Below are positions 1-9,237 of a DNA stretch of 51,026 bases, piece by piece. Within the stretch, counting starts at the first letter, position 1; each line of letters opens with the position of its first letter. The position numbers and the translations under genes were made by a program. The stretch covers positions 1 to 51,026 of the forward strand of contig JANXZQ010000236.1 of NCBI GenBank assembly GCA_025355445.1, in the 5' to 3' direction. The DNA is from Gammaproteobacteria bacterium. GTDB lineage: Bacteria > Pseudomonadota > Gammaproteobacteria > Steroidobacterales > Steroidobacteraceae. The notes below the pieces were generated by a model that ran no database searches, was not told the origin of the DNA, and saw only the letters and a list, made by a program, of their open reading frames with translations.

Positions 1-383
1 GGGTTAGCCAGATGATGGTGCCTTGGTGCACTTTTTGCGATCCGGAAATTGCGCAGATCGGCATGCAAATACGGGAAGCCAAGCTCCAATCCATTCCGGT
101 CAAGACATTCACCATCATGATGCAGGATGTCGACCGCGCCATCACGGATGGGCGCGACGATGGATTCGTAAAAATTCACGTGCGCGAGGGCACCGACGAG
201 ATCATTGGTGCGGCGATCGTGGCCTCACGGGCCAGCGAAATGATCAACGAAGTTGCCGTCATCATGAATGCCAAGATGGGCATGCTGGAGCTGGCTGAAA
301 TCTTGCATACCTATCCGGCCCAGTCCGATGCCATACGACTGGCAGCGGTTGCCTACAGGACCTCACTCACTGCGTTTCGGTAG
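1..383 (+). CDS. Pyridine nucleotide-disulfide oxidoreductase family protein, C-terminal dimerisation domain only (5' end outside window)
   Basis: The frame is open from the window edge. 'VPWCTFCDPEIAQIGM' and 'GFVKIHV..DEIIGAAIVASRASEMINEVAVIM..LHTYPAQSD' resemble the interface domain of MerA/Lpd/GR-class flavoproteins. Confidence 0.8.
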   Translation, partial: VSQMMVPWCTFCDPEIAQIGMQIREAKLQSIPVKTFTIMMQDVDRAITDGRDDGFVKIHVREGTDEIIGAAIVASRASEMINEVAVIMNAKMGMLELAEILHTYPAQSDAIRLAAVAYRTSLTAFR

Positions 384-477
384 CCGCAAAATTACTCGCT
401 TCCTACACTCCATCACTGGCGCGAGATGCGCAATTGGTGTCAAATTGCGGTCGGCTCCAACCACAAGGAATTTGCAC

Positions 478-1173
478 ATGCGCAACCTCGCACTCTCTCT
501 CATGTTGGCCGCATCAATCGCCGCTGCCGCCCCCGCGTCGTCGCAGTCAGCCGCACCGCCGCTCGATCTTGCTTGGAAAGTGCCGGAGGTCATCGCATTC
601 ATCGGTCTGAAGAAAGGAGACAAGGTCGCTGATATCGTGGGCGGTCGGTTGACAGCCTCGCTGGCGCAGGCGGTGGGTCCTTCGGGGAAAGTTTACGCGG
701 TCGAGACAGCCGAAGTCGTGAAGATCCATCCCGAAGTATTGGGCATGATGAACTCGGTGGCGGCGCAGTCGCCCAACGTCGTCGTAAGCGATGACCCTGT
801 CGCGACGGCATTGCCGCCGGGACTCGATGCCGTGATCATTCGGCAGAACTACCACGATCTGTACAACAAGTTCATGGGGCCGGCGGATGTACCCGCCTTC
901 AACAAGGCGGTCTTTGCCGCCCTGAAACCCGGCGGAGTCTATGTGGTGCTGGACCACGCGGCGGCCGCTGGGTCAGGCATCAGCGCAACCGACACGCTGC
1001 ATCGGATCGATCCTGCGAGAGCCAAGGCGGATGTGCTGGCGGCGGGGTTCAAACTGGATGCCGAGAGCTCCATTCTTGCCAATCAGAGCGATGATCGCAC
1101 CAAGAAAGTGTTCGACCCTGCCGTCCGCGGTCACACTGACCAATTCCTGTATCGCTTCAAAAAGCCCAAATGA
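478..1173 (+). CDS. Class I SAM-dependent methyltransferase-like protein with N-terminal signal peptide
   Basis: ATG at 478 is preceded by AAGGA. The signal-like N-terminus is 'MRNLALSLMLAASIAAAAPASS'. 'GDKVADIVGG' and 'LKPGGVYVVLDH' are methyltransferase-fold motifs. The ORF-track start at 268 overlaps the previous gene and is unlikely. Confidence 0.72.
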   Translation: MRNLALSLMLAASIAAAAPASSQSAAPPLDLAWKVPEVIAFIGLKKGDKVADIVGGRLTASLAQAVGPSGKVYAVETAEVVKIHPEVLGMMNSVAAQSPNVVVSDDPVATALPPGLDAVIIRQNYHDLYNKFMGPADVPAFNKAVFAALKPGGVYVVLDHAAAAGSGISATDTLHRIDPARAKADVLAAGFKLDAESSILANQSDDRTKKVFDPAVRGHTDQFLYRFKKPK

Positions 1174-1232
1174 GGCACGTCGGGACCGCGGCGGTACAAG
1201 GTGACAAACTGCTGAATTCGCGGTCAGGCGGC

Positions 1233-1841
1233 TCAGCTCAGTATCCAGAAATTGGGGCCGCGCTCAGCCTCTAGCTTTACGAGCCGCTCCCGGTGAATCT
1301 GGCGCACGCGTGCCGGCGTAATGGCGTCCGATCGATCGACCTCCTCGATGCGCAGGCTAGTCTTGTCCTCGTAAAGGTGCTCACCCACCAGGCGCGCCCG
1401 CTCGTCGTAGGGCCAGATGAAGGCCTGACGACTGTAAACGTGATAAAGCCTATCGGCATGCTCGACCGGATAGCCGATGAGCTTGAGATTTGTACCCATG
1501 GCGAGTTGATGGAAGGTAATCTCGTCGCAGATGCCCCAGTCCTCGACAGCCAGGCGATCATCGGAATGCCACAGCACGGCATCGCCGACGCTGTTGTAGA
1601 AACCACGGATACCATCCTTCCCTTCTATGACACCCGGCGTCGCGCCCCACGTGACTCGATAGACCGGATTGTCCACGACCATGTCGGACGAAAGAATCTT
1701 GTCATACTCGCCGGCCCCTTCCAAATGCACGTGTCGCCAGAAGTTCAGAAGAATCGCCCGATGCAGCGGTTTGGTCGTTCGTTCCAGCAGCGCCGCAGTG
1801 GGTATCATGCAGTCGTATACCGCTTTTTCGAATCGGTTCAA
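1233..1841 (-). CDS. Hypothetical protein, possibly NTF2/SnoaL-like fold
   Basis: 202-aa ORF with high GC3 and balanced composition. The fold assignment is only a weak recollection. Confidence 0.55.
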   Translation of the reverse strand: MNRFEKAVYDCMIPTAALLERTTKPLHRAILLNFWRHVHLEGAGEYDKILSSDMVVDNPVYRVTWGATPGVIEGKDGIRGFYNSVGDAVLWHSDDRLAVEDWGICDEITFHQLAMGTNLKLIGYPVEHADRLYHVYSRQAFIWPYDERARLVGEHLYEDKTSLRIEEVDRSDAITPARVRQIHRERLVKLEAERGPNFWILS

Positions 1842-1885
1842 TTGAGTCCCCCTTGATCTGCGTAGCTTATCAACCGTTATTTGCT

Positions 1886-3349
1886 TCAGCGCAGCCCCAC
1901 CAGGCCCTGCACTGACGCCGTCAATTTCTGTGGATCGTAACCCACGCCATCCTTGAATACCGTCTCCACATTTTCGATGTCATCGATCTTGAGCGCAGGG
2001 TTTCCTGCGACAACGATCATATCGGCAGCTTTTCCGGCGGCAATTGATCCGATGACGGCATCCTCTCCGAGGAAGAGCGCGCCATTCTGAGTGGCGATTT
2101 TTATTGCTTCGACCGGTGTAAAACCGGCCTCCACCAGCAGTTCCAGTCCTCGCTGATCTCCATAACCCGGCAATACGCCGCCATACGACGTCGGATCGCA
2201 TCCGGCCATCAGCAGACCGCCGGCCTTGACGAAAGCCCGCTCGAACTGCATTTCTTTCCTGAGTTCGATTGCGTCGAGCGGATCATTTGCTTCAGCAATG
2301 GCCGCTCTGCGCTTGAGATACGCCGACCACGCCTGCGGCGCCAACAATCTTTGCGCCCGAAATTGTTTGAGCAGCGACGGTCGATTCGCAACTGTGATCT
2401 CAAAAACCGCCAGCGTTGAGGTCACCGCCACATGGTGGGAAACCAAGTCGCGGATCATCTCCTGAACGGCCGGACTGTCGATTTCCACCCGTGTTGCGAA
2501 GTCCTTCTCCGCCTCGCTCGCGGGGCATACGTCCGGCTTCTTATCGGGAAAGAACTCCGTGTCAACCACGATGCCATGCTCGAGATTGTCGATTCCCAGC
2601 GCCGCCGCTTCTCTAAATCCGACGGCACACAAGTGACCGGTGATCTTCAGTCCCCGGGCGTGAACATGTTCAATCGCGACCTTCAGTTCGTCGTGCCGAA
2701 TGCTCATGTAGGCTTTGAAAGAGGTGACGCCTTCTGCCGCCCAGTAGTCCACCGTGCGGCCGGCGTCTTCCGGACTGCTCAGAGTGTGCAACTGGGGGAG
2801 TAATGCCCGATAGTCCCCGATGTAAGGGCCGGTAATGCGCAGCTTCGGTCCCGGCAAGTGCCCGGAGTCGATCATTTTCTTCACGGATAAATCGGTGTAA
2901 GGCTCCAAGCTTCCGGCCGTGCGCGCGGTGGTAACGCCGCCGGCCAAATACAAGCGCGGTGCACTGTCCGCCATCTCGCCGAATAACGGCAAGCCATCGC
3001 TCGGATGTTCCGGAGTGGGATAGAACAGGTGTTCGTGCATGCCGACGAGGCCGGGAATTATCGTCTTGCCCGTCAGATCGAGGACCTTCGCGGCGGGGAG
3101 GTAGGCGCTCTTGATTTTGGCGCTCTGAATGCGGACGATTTTTCCGTCCGCGATGTCGATTCGCTGGTCCTCGGCCGGCGCGGTTCCCGTCCCATCGATG
3201 ACGCGGACATGGTCCAGCACCAACACAGGAGCATTTTCACTGATGTACGCCATGAGTGATGCCGCGGGGTCCGCGTTCAAGGCATTGCCGTACAGCATGA
3301 GCGCGACGGCGGCGAGTATGCGCTGATGCCAAAATCTAGGATTCGTCAA
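1886..3349 (-). CDS. Amidohydrolase family protein (metal-dependent hydrolase), secreted
   Basis: TTG start preceded by GGAGGAG, with a signal-like N-terminus. 'PGLVGMHEHLF' is the HxH metal motif. 'ADMIVVAGNP' is a typical C-terminal amidohydrolase motif. Confidence 0.85.
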   Translation of the reverse strand: MTNPRFWHQRILAAVALMLYGNALNADPAASLMAYISENAPVLVLDHVRVIDGTGTAPAEDQRIDIADGKIVRIQSAKIKSAYLPAAKVLDLTGKTIIPGLVGMHEHLFYPTPEHPSDGLPLFGEMADSAPRLYLAGGVTTARTAGSLEPYTDLSVKKMIDSGHLPGPKLRITGPYIGDYRALLPQLHTLSSPEDAGRTVDYWAAEGVTSFKAYMSIRHDELKVAIEHVHARGLKITGHLCAVGFREAAALGIDNLEHGIVVDTEFFPDKKPDVCPASEAEKDFATRVEIDSPAVQEMIRDLVSHHVAVTSTLAVFEITVANRPSLLKQFRAQRLLAPQAWSAYLKRRAAIAEANDPLDAIELRKEMQFERAFVKAGGLLMAGCDPTSYGGVLPGYGDQRGLELLVEAGFTPVEAIKIATQNGALFLGEDAVIGSIAAGKAADMIVVAGNPALKIDDIENVETVFKDGVGYDPQKLTASVQGLVGLR

Positions 3350-3577
3350 CGGCTCCTCCAGAGTTCGCGTCGATCATACCTTCATAACTTCGTGTTCCCG
3401 ATTTGCAATGCCGGCGGCCAGGGTCGCACATAATAATATTTCTACCATAATTACTTAAAACATTGAATAAACAACAAATAGTGAGCACCAAGGCAATGCC
3501 AGGTATGGCCGTCAACTTCAGTGCAAAACCCGTTTATGGCATATTGAATCCGCAACGCGCAATGAAAAGGTGACCTC

Positions 3578-3943
3578 ATGAATACCAGCAATACTTATCT
3601 CGCGGTGTTTCTCGGCAGCAAGACCGGCGCGCAGCGAGCAGCCTGGGACGCCCTCGACGAATCCGTTCGCTGCGCGAGAGAGCAAGAGGGCATGGCGGCC
3701 TGGAAGGCCTGGGTCGAGAAAAATCACGCCGCCATTGTCTTCATGGGAGGACCGCTGGGGAAAACCAAGCAAGCGAACGCAAGCGGCATTCACGACACGA
3801 GCAATCACCTGGGCGCCTTCACCGTGGTGCGCGCGGACTCGCACGAGGCGGCGGCCAAGCTTTTCGAAAAGCATCCGCACTTCAGCATATTCCCGGGCGA
3901 TGCCGTCGAAATAATGCCCGTTCTGTCCATTCCTGGTGGTTAG
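3578..3943 (+). CDS. Hypothetical small protein
   Basis: 121-aa ORF with an AAGGTGA SD and good GC3. It lies 11 nt upstream of the SRPBCC gene, so the two are probably an operon. Confidence 0.65.
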   Translation: MNTSNTYLAVFLGSKTGAQRAAWDALDESVRCAREQEGMAAWKAWVEKNHAAIVFMGGPLGKTKQANASGIHDTSNHLGAFTVVRADSHEAAAKLFEKHPHFSIFPGDAVEIMPVLSIPGG

Positions 3944-3954
3944 GAGAACCGATC

Positions 3955-4398
3955 ATGCCCAACACTGTGCGACTACATCGAGTATTGACCGCGAAACCCG
4001 AAAAGGTCTACCGCGCGTTCCTCGAGCCGGATGCAATGGCGAAGTGGCTCCCGCCGAACGGTTTCACCGGCACCATGCACCACAGCGACCCGACAGTGGG
4101 CGGTTCCTACAAGATGTCCTTCCGCAATTTCACCACGGGGCATAGCCATTCGTTCGGCGGACATTATTTGGAACTCATCCCACACGAGCGCCTGCGCTAC
4201 ACCGATGTTTTCGAGGATCCGAACTTGCCGGGTGAAATCCAAGTGACGGTGACGTTGCGGAAGGTTTCGGTCGGCACGGAGATCAGCATCGTGCAAGAGG
4301 GCTTGCCGGATGTCATCCCCATCGAAGCGTGCTACCTGGGCTGGCAGGAGTCGCTGCGTAATTTAGCCAAACTTGTCGAGCCCGAGATCATCGATTAA
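3955..4398 (+). CDS. SRPBCC family protein (Aha1/activator-of-Hsp90-ATPase-like domain)
   Basis: 'VYRAFLEPDAMAKWLPPNGF..GGSYKMSF..HSFGGHYLELIPHERLRYTDVFEDP' is the typical AHSA1/SRPBCC pattern. Confidence 0.85.
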   Translation: MPNTVRLHRVLTAKPEKVYRAFLEPDAMAKWLPPNGFTGTMHHSDPTVGGSYKMSFRNFTTGHSHSFGGHYLELIPHERLRYTDVFEDPNLPGEIQVTVTLRKVSVGTEISIVQEGLPDVIPIEACYLGWQESLRNLAKLVEPEIID

Positions 4399-4425
4399 CG
4401 AACGCAGCCATAGTCACGGCGTTGC

Positions 4426-5188
4426 TCAGGCCACTGTCACCTCACCGTCCAAAACGAGTGTATGACCGGTAACAAACGAGGCTGCGCTCGAACACAGCCA
4501 TACAACTGACTGAGCAATTTCCGACGGCTCGGATATTCGGCCCATAGGCACCGACTGGGCGATGGCGTCGAGTCCAATCTTCCCTTCATACCACGCGCGA
4601 CAACAGACCCGTACGCACAGGGCCAGGAGCGATGACGTTTATTCGAATTCCTGCCCGAGCTTGCTCCAAGGCGGCGGCCTTGGATAGTCCGATTATTCCG
4701 TGCTTGCTCTCGCTGTAAATCCCGATTTGCGGTATTGAAACGACGCCGGCACTGGAGGAGGTGTTTACGATCGACCCGCCTCCGTGCCTCAACATGTGCT
4801 TGATCTCATGCTTCATTCCTAGCCATACGCCTTTCAGATTCGTGCCGATGATGCGGTCGAAATCTGCCTCGTCGGCATCTTGAATCGGACCGAAGGGTCC
4901 CTCGTAGCCCGCGTTATTCAACGCAAAATGCACTCGTCCGAAGTGCTCCTCGGTGGTTCGAATCAGACTTTCAACCTGAGATTCAATTCGCACATCGGTG
5001 TGCACGAACAGTGTCGTGGCGCCGTTGATAGTTCCCAAACTTTGCTGGAGCGCGAAGCCAAGCTGCTCCTCGATACCGGCGAATACGACATTGCATCCCC
5101 GGCTGAGAAACTCGCGGACAACCGCTTCCCTGATTCCCGTCGTGCCGCCGACAACCAGCGCTGTTTTGTTATTGAATTCCGTGACCAT
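4426..5188 (-). pseudogene. Short-chain dehydrogenase/reductase (SDR) interrupted by a frameshift near 4586-4600
   Basis: The 200-aa ORF has 'TALVVGGTTGIR', 'NNAG' and 'YSESKHG', then stops after 'GPVRTGLLSRVV'. The missing tail 'YEGKIGLDAIAQSVPMGRISEPSEIAQSVVWLCSSAASFVTGHTLVLDG..' continues in another frame down to the TGA at 4426-4428. Confidence 0.75.
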
Positions 5189-5503
5189 ATCTATCCTCTT
5201 GGGCCGAATTGAAGCGCCGGCCTGGCGCTGCGATTACGAATCCAAGATACACTGGCGCGCGCTGGTCGTGGGTCCTATGATGAGAAGAGATTCGTGACGC
5301 AGAGGATGACCATGGCGACTACAGATCAACGTCTGGAAGAGATAAGGGCGTGGGCATGCGGCGAGAGCAAGCAGGACGCAGCCATGAGGCCTGACGAATT
5401 GGCGGACATCGTCAATGAGCTCAAACAATTGCGGCTAAGAATCTTGTCTCGGAGCAGAGCGGCTGCCGCGCGTTCGGGCGCTGTCCGGCCTTGACTAAGG
5501 AGG

Positions 5504-5905
5504 ATGGGCATGGCGGACACTAAAGACGCGGCATTTGCGGCAGGCATGCAGGTACGCCGCGAGATGTTTGGACCCGGCGGCGCCGAGGAGCGCTATGCGC
5601 AGGCCACGGACTTCAACCGGCCATTCGAGGATGTGGTTACTCGCTACTGTTTCGGCGAGACCTGGACGCGGACAGGCTTGGACCGCAAGACACGCAGTCT
5701 GATCACGCTGGCGGCGCTCACCGCATTGACCAAGCCCAATCAGCTGAAGGCCCACGTCGCGGGCGCACTGGCGAATGGCTGCAGCATCGAGGAAATCCGC
5801 GAAACCCTCCTGCACACCGCCGTGTATGCCGGAGTGCCCGCTGGGGTCGAAGCTTTCAATGCCGCGGCGGAGGTCCTCGCCCGCCATAGCAAGAATCCGC
5901 CGTGA
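5504..5905 (+). CDS. Carboxymuconolactone decarboxylase (CMD/PcaC-like) family protein
   Basis: 'FGETWTRTGLDRKTRSLITLAALTAL..QLKAHVAGALANGCSIEEIRETLLHTAVYAGVPAG' is the CMD signature. SD AAGGAGG lies at 5497-5503, and the ATG at 5510 is an equally good start. Confidence 0.85.
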   Translation: MGMADTKDAAFAAGMQVRREMFGPGGAEERYAQATDFNRPFEDVVTRYCFGETWTRTGLDRKTRSLITLAALTALTKPNQLKAHVAGALANGCSIEEIRETLLHTAVYAGVPAGVEAFNAAAEVLARHSKNPP

Positions 5906-6768
5906 ACGTAGCGTTCGTCGGCGTGGGGGCCATGGGTGCACCGATGGCGGCCTGCGTCGCGCGTGCCGGCTATTCGGTCACCGTGTACGACAGTTCGCAT
6001 GAGCAGGCCATGAAAGCAGTCGAAAACGGTTGCCGTGTCGCTGCCGGCCTCGATGACCTTGCTGCGGCCGACATCGTGGTGACGATGTTGCCGACGGGAC
6101 AGATCGTGCGGGACCTGTACCTGGGAGACGGGCTGGCGCATAAGCTGCGGCGCGGTAGCATTGCCATCGACATGAGTTCATCGAATCCGAGCGGCACCCG
6201 CGAGCTCGGCGCGGCGCTGACCACCTTTGGCATTGCGCTGCTCGATGCTCCGGTTTCCGGCGGCGTGCCGCGTGCGGCGCTGGGCACGCTCACCATCATG
6301 ATTGGCGGCGAAGATAAAGAGGCGATCAAACGCGTCCGCCTGTTGCTGCGCTCCATGGGCGATCGTCTATTCGACACGGGCGGCTTGGGCAGTGGACACG
6401 CCATGAAGGCGTTGAACAACTTTGTCGCCGCAGCAGGCTTTGCCGCCTGCGCCGAAGCGCTCCTGACGGGCCAGCGCTTCGGTCTTGACCCCCGGCGCAT
6501 GGTGGAAATCCTCAATGTCTCCACGGGCCGCAGCTTCCACACCGATCTGGTGCTGTTAGAGCATGTGGTTGACGGCAAATTCGCTAGCGGTTTTCAGCTG
6601 GGGTTGCTGGCCAAGGATGTAGGTATTGCCGACGGCTTGGCCCGCGACGTGGGGTTCGACGCTCCCCTGATGCAACTGGTCAGCCGGCGCTTTAATGCCG
6701 CGCGCGATTCGCTGGGCTACGCGCGCGATCATACCGAGGCGATAAAGGCCTGGGACACAGATCGATGA
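5902..6768 (+). CDS. NAD(P)-dependent beta-hydroxyacid dehydrogenase (3-hydroxyisobutyrate dehydrogenase family)
   Basis: The GTG start overlaps the upstream stop (GTGA). Motifs present: 'VAFVGVGAMGAPMA' Rossmann, 'DAPVSGG' and 'GSGHAMKALNN'. Confidence 0.88.
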   Translation: MNVAFVGVGAMGAPMAACVARAGYSVTVYDSSHEQAMKAVENGCRVAAGLDDLAAADIVVTMLPTGQIVRDLYLGDGLAHKLRRGSIAIDMSSSNPSGTRELGAALTTFGIALLDAPVSGGVPRAALGTLTIMIGGEDKEAIKRVRLLLRSMGDRLFDTGGLGSGHAMKALNNFVAAAGFAACAEALLTGQRFGLDPRRMVEILNVSTGRSFHTDLVLLEHVVDGKFASGFQLGLLAKDVGIADGLARDVGFDAPLMQLVSRRFNAARDSLGYARDHTEAIKAWDTDR

Positions 6769-6992
6769 TATTTGAAACCGTGCTGAGCGGCGGCTGTCGC
6801 TCCTATCTGATCGGCTGCGGGGAAACGTGCAGATCCCACCCGGCGCATCCTGGTTTGCTGCGAATTCGGCCGCATGTCAACGCTCGCCGCCGCGACGTTG
6901 CGGACCAGGGGATTCCTAGGAGCGGTTGCGCTCGATGGGGCATGAAGGCGTGGCGGGAAGCAGGGCATGCGCTTTCGAGTTCAGGGCGTTGA
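6765..6992 (+). pseudogene. Remnant of an MBL-fold hydrolase / rhodanese fusion gene (large internal deletion plus frame changes)
   Basis: The ATG overlaps the upstream stop (ATGA). The first 24 codons, 'MIFETVLSGGCRSYLIGCGETC', look like an MBL-fold N-terminus. The +1 frame at 6832-6945 reads 'RRILVCCEFGRMSTLAAATLRTRGFLGAVALDG', a rhodanese active-site loop. The frame-0 tail reads 'GMKAWREAGHAL', a rhodanese C-terminus. Confidence 0.55.
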
Positions 6993-7592
6993 GGCGGCCT
7001 GATAGGCGCGCGTTTCAGACGGCACTAAAATGACTTTTGGGGTGCCCAGCAACTTGAATGCGGGCGAGCGCTGCGTTTCGCCGGCATGAATCGCAATCTT
7101 CACGTCGCGAGCCTGCTTGGGCGGTACCGAGGCGGACTCCAGTCCGCGTTGATCGTAGATCGTGGTGCATGTCTGAGCAATGCAATCCTGCACGGCCAAA
7201 TAATAGCCATAGTCGCTTAGAGCAAAGCGGGCCGAATCATTATAGAGACGCGCTCGAATTGACTCGAACGTACCCGGTTCCGTGCCCGTGGAAGGGGCTA
7301 TCGAATCGAATCGAATCTCCGATACGTTGATGCGGTTCCTGGCCTGCGGATCCAGCTGGTCTAATTTTTCGATATGTGATTGCTCGAAATCTACGCGTTT
7401 TGACTGCTGAATCGGCACGCCGAGCGGTGTAGGAGCCGGTATTTCATCGTTGCGTGCCAGCACGATGATGGCCACGATACCCACGATGGAGAGTCCGACC
7501 ACCACCAGGCCGTACTTCCGGTACTTGGGCGACACGATGGCGAGCGCCAGCGATACCAGAACCAGCACCCAAAGCATTGCTTCAACTTTCAT
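6981..7592 (-). CDS. Hypothetical membrane protein (two N-terminal TM helices plus an extracytoplasmic domain)
   Basis: An internal ATG at 7592 gives 'MKVEAMLWVLVLVSLALAIV..GLVVVGLSIVGIVAIIVLA'. The longer ORF-track N-terminus is Cys/Arg-rich and overlaps the upstream ORF. Confidence 0.6.
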   Translation of the reverse strand: MKVEAMLWVLVLVSLALAIVSPKYRKYGLVVVGLSIVGIVAIIVLARNDEIPAPTPLGVPIQQSKRVDFEQSHIEKLDQLDPQARNRINVSEIRFDSIAPSTGTEPGTFESIRARLYNDSARFALSDYGYYLAVQDCIAQTCTTIYDQRGLESASVPPKQARDVKIAIHAGETQRSPAFKLLGTPKVILVPSETRAYQAASTP

Positions 7593-7614
7593 TACTGTCC
7601 GGGAGCAGTTGAAG

Positions 7615-7881
7615 TCATTTGCGCGCACCGAATCGCGCCAGCATCGCTGAAAGGTCCTGGGGACTGATATAGAAATGTTCGCATACACGTCCCCATAACA
7701 TTGGCGTCGGCACGTTTCTATCGCCGCGTTCCTTTTGAGTCTCGTGCAGAACGTACAGAACGACGCGCTCTTCGCGCGTGAGTCCGTCGCGAACATCCGG
7801 AATTTTATCGTAGGACCTAACAGGCACAGACCATACCACCGAATTCACAGGCTGTAGCCGCGAGTTTACCGCAAGTTGCAC
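7615..7881 (-). CDS. Hypothetical small protein
   Basis: 88-aa ORF lying 22 nt upstream of the membrane-protein gene on the same strand. The C-terminal two thirds, 'DGLTREERVVLYVLHETQKERGDRNVPTPMLWGRVCEHFYISPQDLSAMLARFG', look protein-like. The start is uncertain. Confidence 0.45.
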   Translation of the reverse strand: MQLAVNSRLQPVNSVVWSVPVRSYDKIPDVRDGLTREERVVLYVLHETQKERGDRNVPTPMLWGRVCEHFYISPQDLSAMLARFGARK

Positions 7882-7916
7882 GGGTCCGGCCGCCGCGCAC
7901 AGACGGAACGACTATG

Positions 7917-8627
7917 CTAAGTCTTGAATCCCTCGCGCGCCCGCGAGTTGTCGAGCACGATGGGCTTTTCAGTCACCGGGTGCGGATAGTGGAAGGTCAC
8001 CGTGTCGGTCGCGGGCCAGAGTCGCGGCTGCGGCTCAATGAGCGAATCGGGTCCCAGAGGATCTTCCGGATACAGTGTTTTGGCCATCGGAATGAAGTCG
8101 ATGGGCGTCTTCTGCCATCCCTCGGCAAAGCTTCCATGCCAGAACGGGAAATAGCGCAATGCTTTGATCATCCATACGCTACGCTGACGGACAAAGTCGT
8201 TTTCATAGATGCCGCCTTCCCACCAGGCGCGCGGCATCCCCTCGGCGGTGTGGTGTAGTCCCGCTTGCATCGCCGATCGCCCACGAACCTTGGCGCTGTT
8301 GCGATCGGCGGCAACATCGATGACCATCTGATGCTGGGGGTGATCAAGCAGCCAGCCATACCGCGGACCGTTGTGGCCCTGAGTGAATTGTTTTTGAAAG
8401 CGATCGATGTACAGGCGCTTCACGCCCGACTTACCGCGGTAAATCCCGCCGAGAAACCAGACATCGCCATCGTCCGCAAACAGGTCGACCACCTCGTTAT
8501 ACATCGACTTGTCGATGAAGTAGCCATAGGTGTATTGGATCCGCCGGATTTGATGTATGTCTTGCTGAACTGCAAGATCGTGTTCTAGTTTTTCGATCCG
8601 GGCGGCCAAAGCGGCGATGTCGTTCAT
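7917..8627 (-). CDS. NTF2-family / SnoaL_4-like protein
   Basis: A start at 8627 gives 'MNDIAALAARIEKLEHDLAVQQDIHQIRRIQYTYGYFIDK..VDLFADDG', typical of SnoaL-like proteins. The upstream 29 codons of the ORF track are unlikely to be coding. Confidence 0.72.
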   Translation of the reverse strand: MNDIAALAARIEKLEHDLAVQQDIHQIRRIQYTYGYFIDKSMYNEVVDLFADDGDVWFLGGIYRGKSGVKRLYIDRFQKQFTQGHNGPRYGWLLDHPQHQMVIDVAADRNSAKVRGRSAMQAGLHHTAEGMPRAWWEGGIYENDFVRQRSVWMIKALRYFPFWHGSFAEGWQKTPIDFIPMAKTLYPEDPLGPDSLIEPQPRLWPATDTVTFHYPHPVTEKPIVLDNSRAREGFKT

Positions 8628-9034
8628 CAGATATTCGGCGTGGATACCCGGGCCTTTAGGCCGGGGAGGAAACGCCGCTCCTTGCGTTGGGGATTGGGAA
8701 AAACGATAATACAAGCTTGCCGTGTTTCGCAGTTATGCGACGGCATTTTGAGTCGATATGGTTTCAAAGCGGCGTACCTAAAGTCGGTGCGTGCGACGGC
8801 CAGTCGGTTGCAAACTGGGATGGCACGTCGGGTAAGTGGGTACACACTGTCCACCGTTCGGGGCATCGAACGCCTAATCTGGGAATCCCCGTCATTAATG
8901 GCGCGGGAGGATGTCGAGGCTTTGCTCCATTGGGCAGATGCGACATTATCGCCGGTGGCTCGCGCCGAGCCTCAACCGAGAGAGAAATTCGCGGCCGATG
9001 CCTTGGGTCACTTGATGCCGGCGGCAATGTGAGC

Positions 9035-9048
9035 ACGGCAATTGCCGT
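9035..9048. promoter_or_regulatory. Perfect 14-bp palindrome ACGGCAATTGCCGT, a candidate enhancer-binding-protein site
   Basis: Read directly from the sequence. Extra half-sites are CGGCAAT at 9022-9028 and TTGCCG at 9067-9072. The centre is about 123 nt upstream of the sigma54 -24 element. Confidence 0.4.
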
Positions 9049-9162
9049 CCCATGCCCGGCGAGGATTTGCCGCTTTTGGCGCTGGACACGTTATCTTTGG
9101 CCACCGCTGATGCCTATACGACTTCAGATACCTTATGTTGCCGATACTCCTCTAGGCAGGCC

Positions 9163-9178
9163 TGGCACGGAACATGCT
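9163..9178 (+). promoter_or_regulatory. Candidate sigma54 (-24/-12) promoter
   Basis: cTGGCACGgaacaTGCTt against the consensus TGGCACG-N4-TTGCW. GG and GC have canonical spacing, with one mismatch in the -12 box. It lies about 60 nt upstream of the ATG at 9238. Confidence 0.6.
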
Positions 9179-9237
9179 TGGCCAGTGTGGGGCAGCATTA
9201 CGCTGCGAGTATCGAACTTAGCCAGAAGGCAACATCA

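Noticed and set aside
268-477. Upstream 70-codon extension of the methyltransferase ORF
   Set aside because: It overlaps the end of the flavoprotein gene in another frame. The internal ATG at 478 has an SD and begins a signal peptide.
5294-5494. 66-aa plus-strand ORF between the SDR and the CMD genes
   Set aside because: It is helical-looking, but GC3 is only moderate, there is no clear SD and no recognised family. Left unannotated as unresolved rather than disproved.
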